The notes below the pieces were generated by a model. The model had not been told where the DNA came from. It searched no databases and saw only the letters and a program-made list of their open reading frames with translations. DNA of 64,000 nucleotides, taken from positions 92,208 to 156,207 of the forward strand of contig JBGSUB010000080.1 in NCBI GenBank assembly GCA_041753535.1, given 5' to 3'. Below, in pieces: positions 45,997-54,973 of this stretch. Numbering within the stretch: position 1 is the stretch's first letter; each line of letters begins with the position of its first letter. Origin of the DNA: Lentimicrobiaceae bacterium. GTDB taxonomy: Bacteria > Bacteroidota > Bacteroidia > Bacteroidales > UBA4417. The translations under genes and the position numbers were made by a program.

Positions 45997-47247
45997 TTAC
46001 TCTATAACAGTTTTAATTTTTTCAATCAATTGGGTTGTTCCACTATAATCTTCATCTTCAGCTTTGGCCAAAGAAATAGCCTTTTCTGCTGTTTCGATTG
46101 CCTGTTTGTATTTCCCTTCTTTAAATAAAAGCCATGCATATGTATCATTATAAGCATAATTGTTATTAATTGCTATTGCCTGTTCAATCCACTTTTCGGC
46201 GTCATTAAGTTTTTGTTTATCGGTTATGTTTTGCACAAAAGTCCAGGCCATGCCATTCAATGCTTCGGGATTATTGCTGTTCTCATCTTCAAATTTTTGG
46301 CTCAATTCATTATATTTTTTTTCATCGCCAATTATACTATGATAGATTATATTATTAGCCAGATGGTCATTTTTTGTGTAGAATAAGATGCTTTTATAAA
46401 CCCCGTTTACATCATTCACACGGTAATAATTTGTCGAAATATAGTCGGAGAGTATATTCAAGCACTCTTGCATTTTGTTGAAATCCTTTTCTTTAATGGC
46501 ATACTGAAAATGTTGTGTTGCAATCCAAACAATTCGGCCATCAACCTGGGTAGTATCGTAATATTGATAGAATAACTCTGGCTGAGTTTTCAGTAATTCA
46601 AAGGCTGGTGATGAAATATTAAAGTTGGCTTTCGTATTTGTAATAGCATAGGTATAAATAAATTGAATATTATCCTTTGACCTTAAATCCTCTGGTTTTT
46701 GAGTAGCTAAATATTCATTAACTGTTATTGAGTCAATTTCATTTGCTCCATATAGCAGATAACAATAATCATACAAAAAATCAGCTGAGCGATTACCTTG
46801 CTTATATATTTCCCGCATCCCGGCGAGTGAAGTGTTGCGGTTGATAGATATGTTGCAGAAATGTAAAAATTCATCAACAGATAAAAAACCCACATTTTTC
46901 CCAATTACGACACCAATTGTATCACAAATAATAATTGTAGGATAAGATAGGGGTTTATAAATTTTACTTATTTCAATCCCTTCACCTTTTCTTGCATTTA
47001 TATTGCAACAAATGAAGTTCTCACTAAGATATTCAGCAACAACCGTATCCCCAAAAACCTTTTTCTCCATTTGACGACAGGCACCGCAGTTGTCAATATG
47101 AAAGTAAAGAAATGTAGGTTTGTTTTCAGCCTTTGCTTGTTTCAGCACCTGTTCAAATTTAATGTTGCTGTTTATCAATATATTACATTGAGCAAATGAA
47201 TTAGTCGTTACACTCAAAATTAGTGCTGTAAGGAAAATATATCTCAT
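45997..47247 (-). CDS. thioredoxin-fold (CxxC) protein with TPR-like C-terminal half
   Basis: Signal peptide. KPTFLYFHIDNCGACRQMEKKVF thioredoxin-like motif. C-terminal helical repeats (AEKWIEQAIAINNNYAYNDTYAWLLFKEGKYKQAIE). Confidence 0.75.
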   Translation of the reverse strand: MRYIFLTALILSVTTNSFAQCNILINSNIKFEQVLKQAKAENKPTFLYFHIDNCGACRQMEKKVFGDTVVAEYLSENFICCNINARKGEGIEISKIYKPLSYPTIIICDTIGVVIGKNVGFLSVDEFLHFCNISINRNTSLAGMREIYKQGNRSADFLYDYCYLLYGANEIDSITVNEYLATQKPEDLRSKDNIQFIYTYAITNTKANFNISSPAFELLKTQPELFYQYYDTTQVDGRIVWIATQHFQYAIKEKDFNKMQECLNILSDYISTNYYRVNDVNGVYKSILFYTKNDHLANNIIYHSIIGDEKKYNELSQKFEDENSNNPEALNGMAWTFVQNITDKQKLNDAEKWIEQAIAINNNYAYNDTYAWLLFKEGKYKQAIETAEKAISLAKAEDEDYSGTTQLIEKIKTVIE

Positions 47248-47430
47248 TTTTTCAGTATTTTCAGTATTTCGGTTCCCGCAGTGTAAATTTTTACAAGTCC
47301 TGACGTGTTTTTACGGTGTAAAAGATTCTGAGTTATCTTTTTAAGGTTTATTTTTTTATTAGTTAAGGAAAACTCTACAATAATTTTTATTAAACCCTGA
47401 GTTTTATTTCACTGGATACTGTAGAGTATC

Positions 47431-47478
47431 ACTTAATCTTTGGTGGATATATATTTACAATTCCACCAAAGATTAAGT
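47431..47478. terminator. perfect 17-bp hairpin (ACTTAATCTTTGGTGGA / TCCACCAAAGATTAAGT), 14-nt loop
   Basis: Read directly. Lies 41 nt downstream of the stop of the 47519-47989 gene. No U-tract on either strand. Confidence 0.45.
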
Positions 47479-47518
47479 TAGAAAAAACAAATATTTATCT
47501 CAAAATAGATTTTAACTA

Positions 47519-47989
47519 TCAGAAATAGCTATTTTCCCCAATAGTACCTGTTTCGGTTTTATTACATTCACCTTGACCTTCAGGGATGCAAGGAGTACAT
47601 TTATAACCCGCTGATCCATATTCAACAGAACACCCTTCAGTGCATCCCCCACTTCCTGTGCAAGTTACTACTATACTTGTTCCTGAGGCAAAAAGAAGTG
47701 ATCCATTGTTGCTCAAAGATATTCCATAGGTCGATACAAATCCTGATCTAATTGTTCTATCTTTAGAAACTATTAAATATTTTCCGTTCGATTCCTTTAT
47801 TAAAAATGAGTATAAATTAGCATCATTTACTCCAGTCGTCTTTAGAAAATTTTCCCATTTAGATTTGAGAATATTTACATCAATGGTCATTTGAGCAACA
47901 CCATTTTCAATTTTTCCTATTTGTGTTTGAGCACTAACATAGCAACTCATTAAGAAAACTACAATAGTACTTAATAAGATTTTTTTCAT
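47519..47989 (-). CDS. hypothetical secreted protein with Cys-rich C-terminus (156 aa)
   Basis: Signal peptide MKKILLSTIVVFLMSCYVSA. C-terminal VVTCTGSGGCTEGCSVEYGSAGYKCTPCIPEGQGEC. Preceded by the conserved upstream module, copy B. Confidence 0.65.
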   Translation of the reverse strand: MKKILLSTIVVFLMSCYVSAQTQIGKIENGVAQMTIDVNILKSKWENFLKTTGVNDANLYSFLIKESNGKYLIVSKDRTIRSGFVSTYGISLSNNGSLLFASGTSIVVTCTGSGGCTEGCSVEYGSAGYKCTPCIPEGQGECNKTETGTIGENSYF

Positions 47990-48253
47990 TTTTTAGGGTT
48001 TTTATTTCCTCACGACTTAGTTACATCTTCTGAGGTACAGATGCTTTTCCACTCTCGCAGTCAATAAACTTGCAGCCAAATGGCAGCCATAACCGGCGCC
48101 GGTTCATTTGCAGCCTGGGGCTGCTACAAAGCACATTAAAACCGGTAATGATGTGCAGTGCTGGCCTTTTGATATCTAGGAATATCGGTAAAAACTGCTG
48201 AGCAGGTCAGTCATCTGAGCAATTTTGTTGTATCTTTGCAGAGCCTTTCTCGG

Positions 48254-48333
48254 TTTTGGTTCGTACTTAGTTAATTCGCGTTGACAATAAACCTCCGGGG
48301 GAGGCTTTTTTTATGCTCGGGGTGGCTAACCCC
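48254..48333. repeat. conserved ~80-bp element, copy B
   Basis: TTTTGGTTCGTACTTAGTTAATTCGCGTTGACAATAAACCTCCGGGGGAGGCTTTTTTT...GGGGTGGCTAACCCC. CCTCC-GGG-GGAGG stem followed by T7 on the plus strand. Confidence 0.9.
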
Positions 48334-48884
48334 TGGTTATAAACAAGTATACTAAAGTTTACTTTTCGGGCAGAAAATCCAATATTCTGTTCCGGTTTCA
48401 GTTCAATATTTCTTCTTAAATTATTTGGCTTAGGGGATTAATTATTTTTTGGGTTGAAACAAGTTTAAAAGGTATATTAATCGTTGATGATAAATTATTC
48501 TGAATTTTTACGCTACTAATAGTATATGTTTTGCGAGACAAATATAGTGTATGAGAATAGAAAAAGCAATAGGGGGGGGGTAAAAAAATACAAATAATTT
48601 TTATCTTGTAAAACTATAAACAACTGAAATACAGTAGTTAAAATACAATACAAAAACCAAGCATACAAATTAAGTGTGCTCAAGATAAAATATTTCAATA
48701 CTAAAAGATATTAAATCAATACCTTACATCTCTGTTCCTGATTTTCGTTTTTGTAAATATGCCTTTAACCCTTTATCCAAAAAAACGAAAAAGGTGATAC
48801 GGATATATGAAATTTAGAAGCATTCTAAATTAATTTTGCTGTTAAGTCAAAAGGTATCGGTTCGTGCACAAATCCATCCGCGAA

Positions 48885-49682
48885 TTAATCAAGCAACTCA
48901 GGGTTTTTCACTATTTTTTTCAGATACCTGAACAGTAGTCCACCGTGCGATGCATCCACCACCCGGTGGTCGAGGGCTGCGCCAATAGATAATATGGTCC
49001 GGGGCAGAATCTGGTCGCCAACCACGGCAGGCTTTCGGTTTACCCCGCCAAGTATCAGCACAAACGACACATTCGACGAAGGGAACAAAGCCGGATACCC
49101 CATATCGAGCCCAACATTACCAATATTTGAGACAACGAACGAACCGAAACTGTTGGCTGAAAGTCCAAGTGATAGAAAAGAGAACCCCCAGTCCATTGTT
49201 ACTGTTTTAATCAGGCGAAATATCCACCCTCTCAGTGGCCAGGGGATGCGTGCCAGTTTGTCTTTCATTTTCATGGTTTTATTTTCGGAGCCCTGCCGCG
49301 AACGCTTTATTTCATCACCCATTACCTTAACAAGTTCTGCCAGCGAAAGCTTATCCGCATCCTTAATCAGTACCGATCCCATTTGCGATTCGCGCAATAA
49401 AACACTAACCATCACATCGATATGTTCACGCAACACAACATTACCCCGTTTTATATAGGTGTTTAATTCAGGAACTTCATTTTTCAAAGCACGGGCAGCA
49501 GCCAATACAAAAACATGGGTTAGCGTTGCTTTTACACCGCTTTTACGTTTTTCGGCTATGTATGTTTGCAACTCGGTTATATCAATTTCGACCGAGCCAA
49601 AAATCTTTGAGTCAGTCGGCCTGCGGTAAATGGATGATGCGACTTTACGCCATCCGGAATTGAGTTCAGCGGGAGATTTCAT
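48885..49682 (-). CDS. 2-oxoacid dehydrogenase acyltransferase catalytic-domain protein (no lipoyl domain)
   Basis: 265 aa. C-terminal catalytic motif LDHRVVDASHGG... Confidence 0.75.
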   Translation of the reverse strand: MKSPAELNSGWRKVASSIYRRPTDSKIFGSVEIDITELQTYIAEKRKSGVKATLTHVFVLAAARALKNEVPELNTYIKRGNVVLREHIDVMVSVLLRESQMGSVLIKDADKLSLAELVKVMGDEIKRSRQGSENKTMKMKDKLARIPWPLRGWIFRLIKTVTMDWGFSFLSLGLSANSFGSFVVSNIGNVGLDMGYPALFPSSNVSFVLILGGVNRKPAVVGDQILPRTILSIGAALDHRVVDASHGGLLFRYLKKIVKNPELLD

Positions 49683-49764
49683 AAGGTAAAAATAGAATAT
49701 TTCGAACTTAGGAAGCCTGGAACGCTTTCATTTTTTATCTTTGAATAAATTAGGTTAAAAAATC

Positions 49765-50883
49765 ATGAGAAATTCATTTTCAGGGAGGCTGGTTTTCTGC
49801 ATTCTGATCTTTTTGTTTTTAACGGGGATTAATTCATGCGAACCCCTGGCAACAGGGTTCGATGATGTGGAAAATGCCAATATGTATACCAAAAGTATTC
49901 AGGTTGATCCTCCAGTGCCTGACTCAACCATTAGGGTCATGACATGGAATATCCGCTTTGGAATTGGCCGGCAGCCCTGGTTTGGCGACGCTTGCGGCGA
50001 TAATACCATTTTTAAGAAAGAAGAGGTTACACCCGGGCTGGAAGCTGTGGTTGCGCGAATTAAAGAAGTAAACCCCGATATTCTTTTCCTCCAGGAATGT
50101 GATGTTAAATCGAACCGTACAGCGTATATTGATGAGTTGCAATTCATCCTCGACAATACCTATTTTAACTATGCCGCCTATGTTTCGGAATGGAAATCGG
50201 AGTTTATACCCAGTGATGGACTTGGCCGAATGGATATGGGGTTGGTAATACTTTCGCCCTGGCCGATTACAGATGCCAAGCGTATCAATCTTGCCACACG
50301 GGAAGACCAGGCTGGTATTGTGAATTATTTTTATCTCCATTCCTGTATTGTTACCGGAAGGATAAAAATTCCAGGATTTAAAGAAATTCCCCTGCTCAAT
50401 ATTCATGCTTCGGCGTTCGCTACTGATGATACCAAGAAAAAGCATTACGAAGAGTTTAAAGCGGAAATGGATAAGCTGGATGCTGTCGGTGAGTACTTTG
50501 TTGCCGGTGGTGACCTGAATGAATTACCTCCTGGAAGTGACTCCACCGATTTTTGCTATGAGGACATGTGCCCCGGCGAGTCATTCCACCAGCCAGGCGA
50601 TGACCCGCAACACAAGGCCGGAAGCGATTATACACCTGAGATTGAATGGCTGAGGCCAATTTATAATACATACAAATGTGCCATTCCACTGGATGAATAC
50701 CAGCAAAACCAACCGGCTTATTTCACACATACCACGCGACCTGACCACACCTGGGACCGCACCCTCGATTACCTTTTCACCAACCATCGCTGGCGAGCCG
50801 GTTCAGTTGTCACCCACCAGGAGTTTTTCGGCGAATCGGATCATGCGGCTGTTAGCTCAGAATTTGTTTTGATTAAGGAGTAG
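49765..50883 (+). CDS. endonuclease/exonuclease/phosphatase (EEP) family protein, probably a lipoprotein
   Basis: LTGINSC lipobox-like. VMTWNIRFG, ILFLQECD, GGDLNE, SDHAAVS EEP motifs. Confidence 0.8.
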   Translation: MRNSFSGRLVFCILIFLFLTGINSCEPLATGFDDVENANMYTKSIQVDPPVPDSTIRVMTWNIRFGIGRQPWFGDACGDNTIFKKEEVTPGLEAVVARIKEVNPDILFLQECDVKSNRTAYIDELQFILDNTYFNYAAYVSEWKSEFIPSDGLGRMDMGLVILSPWPITDAKRINLATREDQAGIVNYFYLHSCIVTGRIKIPGFKEIPLLNIHASAFATDDTKKKHYEEFKAEMDKLDAVGEYFVAGGDLNELPPGSDSTDFCYEDMCPGESFHQPGDDPQHKAGSDYTPEIEWLRPIYNTYKCAIPLDEYQQNQPAYFTHTTRPDHTWDRTLDYLFTNHRWRAGSVVTHQEFFGESDHAAVSSEFVLIKE

Positions 50884-51005
50884 TTGCTGATGAGTGGTGA
50901 ATAAAAATAATGTGTTAATGTTGGAGTTCGGCAATGAAATGAACACCTGGTCCGCTATTTGAATTTATTAAATGATCAACCGCTTTGCGGGAAAAAATCG
51001 CAACC

Positions 51006-51788
51006 ATGTTAAGAAAATTAATATTTTGTATAATTCTTGTTTTCTGCATCAAAGCCGGATTTGCCCAGGATACGGCTTTACTTAAAAAGTGGAGTTACAA
51101 CACGGCTTACCTGATGCCTGCCGGCAAATGGGAGAGCGGGCTTTTTCAAACTTTCAGGTATGGGATTAACCCCAAAATGGAAGTATTCACCAATGTGCTT
51201 ATGCTACCGTTAATTCCTTCTGCCGGACTCAAATATGCACATGGGACCTGGAATGATTTTGTTTTAGCAAGCGAGCACAGCTTAAGCGTCCCTACTCCAT
51301 TTCTTACTATTATGAGCCGTAAAGGTATTGGCGGACTGATATCGCCTGAGTATACCTTCCCGTTTATTCTTTCCGTAAGTAACTCAATACTTGGAACCCG
51401 GAAAATCGCGCGTTCTCTTTTGTTTACAGCAAAGGCAGGATTTGTATTTGCACTTCGCACCGGAAAACCTAATCCACAATCTACCATTGACCTGCCGGTT
51501 TTCTACCCGCGTATGGCACATTATTATGAAGGTGCATCCATCAGGCTTGGAGCAAGTGTTAAAGGGAGTGTGGGGGCAAAATGGTTTTACGAAGAAGGTG
51601 TTCAGGCATTTATTATTACACGGCCTGAGAATAATTTCTTTTTCGAAAACACAGGTACAATTATGTGGGCTTTAGGCAAGTCGCTGCGGATCAGGGGAGG
51701 TTACATACTGGCCTACGGTGAATATCCTTACGAGAATCCAAAATGGCAGCTGTGGCCGACATTGGATTTTGTGTTCGGGAGTAAATAA
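51006..51788 (+). CDS. hypothetical secreted / outer-membrane protein
   Basis: ATG at 51006 gives signal peptide MLRKLIFCIILVFCIKAGFAQD. No recognisable family. Confidence 0.6.
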   Translation: MLRKLIFCIILVFCIKAGFAQDTALLKKWSYNTAYLMPAGKWESGLFQTFRYGINPKMEVFTNVLMLPLIPSAGLKYAHGTWNDFVLASEHSLSVPTPFLTIMSRKGIGGLISPEYTFPFILSVSNSILGTRKIARSLLFTAKAGFVFALRTGKPNPQSTIDLPVFYPRMAHYYEGASIRLGASVKGSVGAKWFYEEGVQAFIITRPENNFFFENTGTIMWALGKSLRIRGGYILAYGEYPYENPKWQLWPTLDFVFGSK

Positions 51789-51830
51789 TGTTTAAGTTAG
51801 GCATCATCCCTCAGATACCAATCAGAGCAA

Positions 51831-53567
51831 TTATTTATTCTCTGTTCCTAACGTGAGCAGTATATGCGGATCAAATATAAAATATGCCTTGCTGTTAAAT
51901 GAAAACAGGAAGGCGTTATCTTCGTTATAAAAATTATACTCCGCCATATAATTGGAAAGTTCCGGGTGTTCGACGAGTTTTTTCTCTGCCATATCTAATT
52001 CAAAAACTTTACATTGCTCCGTGCAAAAGAACCTGTTACCAATCTTGAAAAAGCAACTGCTTGTATTTTTTAACCCCAGAATATTCACAGGTATGAAAGT
52101 ATCAGTTGCCATCTCGTACTTGTACAAATCATTACTGTTTGTGCCTTTGAAAAAATAATAGTTACCCATATAATTAAAAACAGTTGTATTCGCATCAAAA
52201 TTAGGCAAAATACAATTTGACATCGTCCAGCTATCCGTAGCGGGCTCGTAAACTCCTTTTTGATTGCTACCATTCAGGAAAGCATATACTTTCTGGGAAA
52301 TAACAACTGTTGTAATATGACCGGTATTATTTGGAACCGGAAGTTTCGCCTTTGAAATCCAAATGTTGTTTTGCGCGTCGTATTTAAAAAAATTTGTGTT
52401 TTGTCCCGTCACAACCGAGAATCCGGCATATATTTCACCCACACAAACAACCAATGATTGGTTAAATGCTGCATATGTTGGATAATCACTCAATTTTACC
52501 CATTGATCTGATAGTGTGTTATATTTCCAGAATTCTGAATTCGGGAAGGTCGGGGTCATTTCAAGTATATAGGCTGCATCATTTATCATAACGGCTTTTG
52601 AACTTAATGCAGGAGCTGCAGGATTCAATTTATACCAATGTCCCATCATGCTTACACCGAAATCCGTTGACAAATGCTGAAACACCCCATTCCCATTTGT
52701 ACTGAGTATTCTGAAGGCAATGTTATGGGTTGCCCGGCAGGCAACTGCGTCGGGCAGTTTAAGCTTAAGTTCTGATTCACCGAAGCTGACAAGTTCGTAT
52801 TCCAAATTATTGTTCATTATGGGTATTATCCGATCCGAGTATTCAGTCCTGAACTTCCCAATTAACGAGATCGTATCCCCGTAATAAATCCATCCGGGGT
52901 TCACCGAAGTTATTTTTGGTATTGCATTTTCTATCTCTGCGGTATTGGTAAAAGGCTGGTTATTCATAAGAACCCTGACAGCAAGATTACCCGGAGTCCG
53001 TGAAAACGGCATTATTACTCGTATTTCATTCACATCAGCATATATAGGCACAATTTCACTGTATTCAATAATCACTTTAATATCCTGGTAGTTTACTTTG
53101 GGCTCAAGATTTTTAACCTTGATTTTAACCGTATCTCCCCACAAGGCATAAGTCCGGTTAAGCGAAACTATTTCGGGTTTAATGGTTGCTTCTCCATAAA
53201 AATATGTGGGTGCACTATAAAAATACTTTGAACCTGACCTTACCCAGGCTTTCACGATATATTCTTTGCCTGGATAGAGTTTTGCATTTTCACTGCACGA
53301 AAATTTCCTTTCATGAATTGCTCCTATGTGAATCTCTTTCAGGTTGTTACCTTGTTTTTCGCCCCAGAAGAATCCGCAATCTTCAACCAGAAGGGGATCA
53401 AGATGTTCGAATGTTGTTGAAAAGGAAACACTGTTAAATGAGATTTTTTCTACTACGCAACTTGTCATTACCGGGACATATTCCAAATCAAGAACCGGCG
53501 ATTTTTTACATCCGTTTACAAGAATTCCTGCGAAAATTAATACTATAAATGCACCTCTGTTAATCAT
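51831..53567 (-). CDS. lipoprotein with IPT/TIG-like repeats and a probable beta-propeller C-terminal half
   Basis: Lipobox ILVNGCKK. IPT-like PEIVSLNRTYALWGDTVKIKVKNL and PKITSVNPGWIYYGDTISLIGKF. Repetitive Trp/Tyr-rich C-terminal segments. Confidence 0.65.
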   Translation of the reverse strand: MINRGAFIVLIFAGILVNGCKKSPVLDLEYVPVMTSCVVEKISFNSVSFSTTFEHLDPLLVEDCGFFWGEKQGNNLKEIHIGAIHERKFSCSENAKLYPGKEYIVKAWVRSGSKYFYSAPTYFYGEATIKPEIVSLNRTYALWGDTVKIKVKNLEPKVNYQDIKVIIEYSEIVPIYADVNEIRVIMPFSRTPGNLAVRVLMNNQPFTNTAEIENAIPKITSVNPGWIYYGDTISLIGKFRTEYSDRIIPIMNNNLEYELVSFGESELKLKLPDAVACRATHNIAFRILSTNGNGVFQHLSTDFGVSMMGHWYKLNPAAPALSSKAVMINDAAYILEMTPTFPNSEFWKYNTLSDQWVKLSDYPTYAAFNQSLVVCVGEIYAGFSVVTGQNTNFFKYDAQNNIWISKAKLPVPNNTGHITTVVISQKVYAFLNGSNQKGVYEPATDSWTMSNCILPNFDANTTVFNYMGNYYFFKGTNSNDLYKYEMATDTFIPVNILGLKNTSSCFFKIGNRFFCTEQCKVFELDMAEKKLVEHPELSNYMAEYNFYNEDNAFLFSFNSKAYFIFDPHILLTLGTENK

Positions 53568-53570
53568 AAT

Positions 53571-54779
53571 TTATTTCAGCTTATTTCCTAAATAATAAGA
53601 GACTCCTGCTTTAATAACCAACTGGCTTTCAACACCGGCATATTCTGGCAGCAATTCGGAAATCCTGCTATACCTGGCTTCACATACTGCCGCAAACTGT
53701 TTGTCTATTTTATACCTAATTCCGAGGCCAGCTGTTATTCCCGGACGGAAGGTTTCATAATTCAAATATGCCGTTTCAACTTCATTCCCTGTCAGTATAT
53801 TACCTCCTTCGCCAGTGATTAACCAGCCTATGTTATTTTTATTTAATGAAATATCGAACTGTACTCCGGCACTTATAGTAAATGTCAGTTTTTTCCTGCA
53901 AACCGCATACCCTATCATTGCCGGAAGGCTCACAACAGCATAATCCTGTATCAACTGGTAATCGGGCGGATTGGCTCCCTGCGTATAATTTGTCACAAAT
54001 TTGTTGAAATTTATTTCCTGGTGGTAAAAAAGCGGGCGGTTTATCAATATCGGCATATTTGCTGCCAGGCTGTAGGTAACACTTTGCGCTTCAACAGCAT
54101 TCCATTCCGCAGGCAGGTTTACCCCAAGGTTAAGCGGAAGTTTCTGCCAGGTGAGTCCGACCTGGAAAGTTACATCCGGAAATGGAACTGCATTTTTTGT
54201 CGGTTTCTTCTTTATTACCACTCTCTGTTGTGTCTCCCCCTTTTCATTAGTTTTGCCGCTTATGATCTCTACCTCAACACTTTTCATGAATTTCATAGTC
54301 TGCTTTATACCTTGTTTGCTAAACCTGTAATGAACATGAGAAACAATAGCCGGCGAAATATCAAGGTACACGGCCAGCTGCTTTTTATATTCACCTTTCT
54401 TTTTCACCAGTTCAACTAACTCCTTTTTTTTCAATATGTAAAAATGCTTTCCTGATTTATCCTTCAGGTAATAAACCGGTGAATCGCCCTGCGCTAATGC
54501 CAGAAGGAACCTTGCGACCGAGTCATTTCCTGATTTAACGGTAAATGAATAATAATCTTTCTTGTCGCAGCCATAAGCCTGAATCTGCCCGGGACCGTAT
54601 GTGAGTGTTGGTGAACCGGAGTTCAACCTGAAGATACAGGTTTTGGCCGAACGGGTATCATTCTGCAAATAAATATAGCCCGAAATATAAGCTGTGTCGT
54701 TGCGGATGTAACCCAGTTTCTGTGCTGAAATGCTGCTGTATAATCCGGAAATAATTAAAAATAAAAATAGTTTCCTCAC
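53571..54779 (-). CDS. hypothetical protein with signal peptide and a C-terminal outer-membrane beta-barrel-like region
   Basis: MRKLFLFLIISGLYSSISAQ. C-terminal alternating pattern ending VIKAGVSYYLGNKLK. 3-bp gap to the downstream gene (operon). Confidence 0.6.
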   Translation of the reverse strand: MRKLFLFLIISGLYSSISAQKLGYIRNDTAYISGYIYLQNDTRSAKTCIFRLNSGSPTLTYGPGQIQAYGCDKKDYYSFTVKSGNDSVARFLLALAQGDSPVYYLKDKSGKHFYILKKKELVELVKKKGEYKKQLAVYLDISPAIVSHVHYRFSKQGIKQTMKFMKSVEVEIISGKTNEKGETQQRVVIKKKPTKNAVPFPDVTFQVGLTWQKLPLNLGVNLPAEWNAVEAQSVTYSLAANMPILINRPLFYHQEINFNKFVTNYTQGANPPDYQLIQDYAVVSLPAMIGYAVCRKKLTFTISAGVQFDISLNKNNIGWLITGEGGNILTGNEVETAYLNYETFRPGITAGLGIRYKIDKQFAAVCEARYSRISELLPEYAGVESQLVIKAGVSYYLGNKLK

Positions 54780-54973
54780 AAAATATTACGGTTACTGGTT
54801 CTACAAGTTGTGATCCGGTTCTTTTCCTTAAGGCTTTTTAAATTACTAAAAATCAAACCTGATTAACGTGTAAATATAAATGAATAATCAAACGACGAAA
54901 TCAGAATGTAAACAAAATGTATAAAAATAGTGTTTAGGTATGTATGTAATCATTTTATCTGTGTGGATTAATT

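Noticed and set aside
47990-48120. 27-codon leader ORF (MNRRRLWLPFGCKFIDCESGKASVPQKM) upstream of the Cys-rich protein gene as a possible RiPP precursor or leader peptide.
   Set aside because: The homologous position in copy A is interrupted by TGA and starts with a different, much shorter ORF. Nucleotide conservation without frame conservation argues against a conserved peptide.
48516-48698. 60-aa hydrophobic minus-strand ORF spanning the C9/G9 tract, as a real gene.
   Set aside because: There is no homology, signal or coupling evidence. It is kept only as a note under the homopolymer finding.
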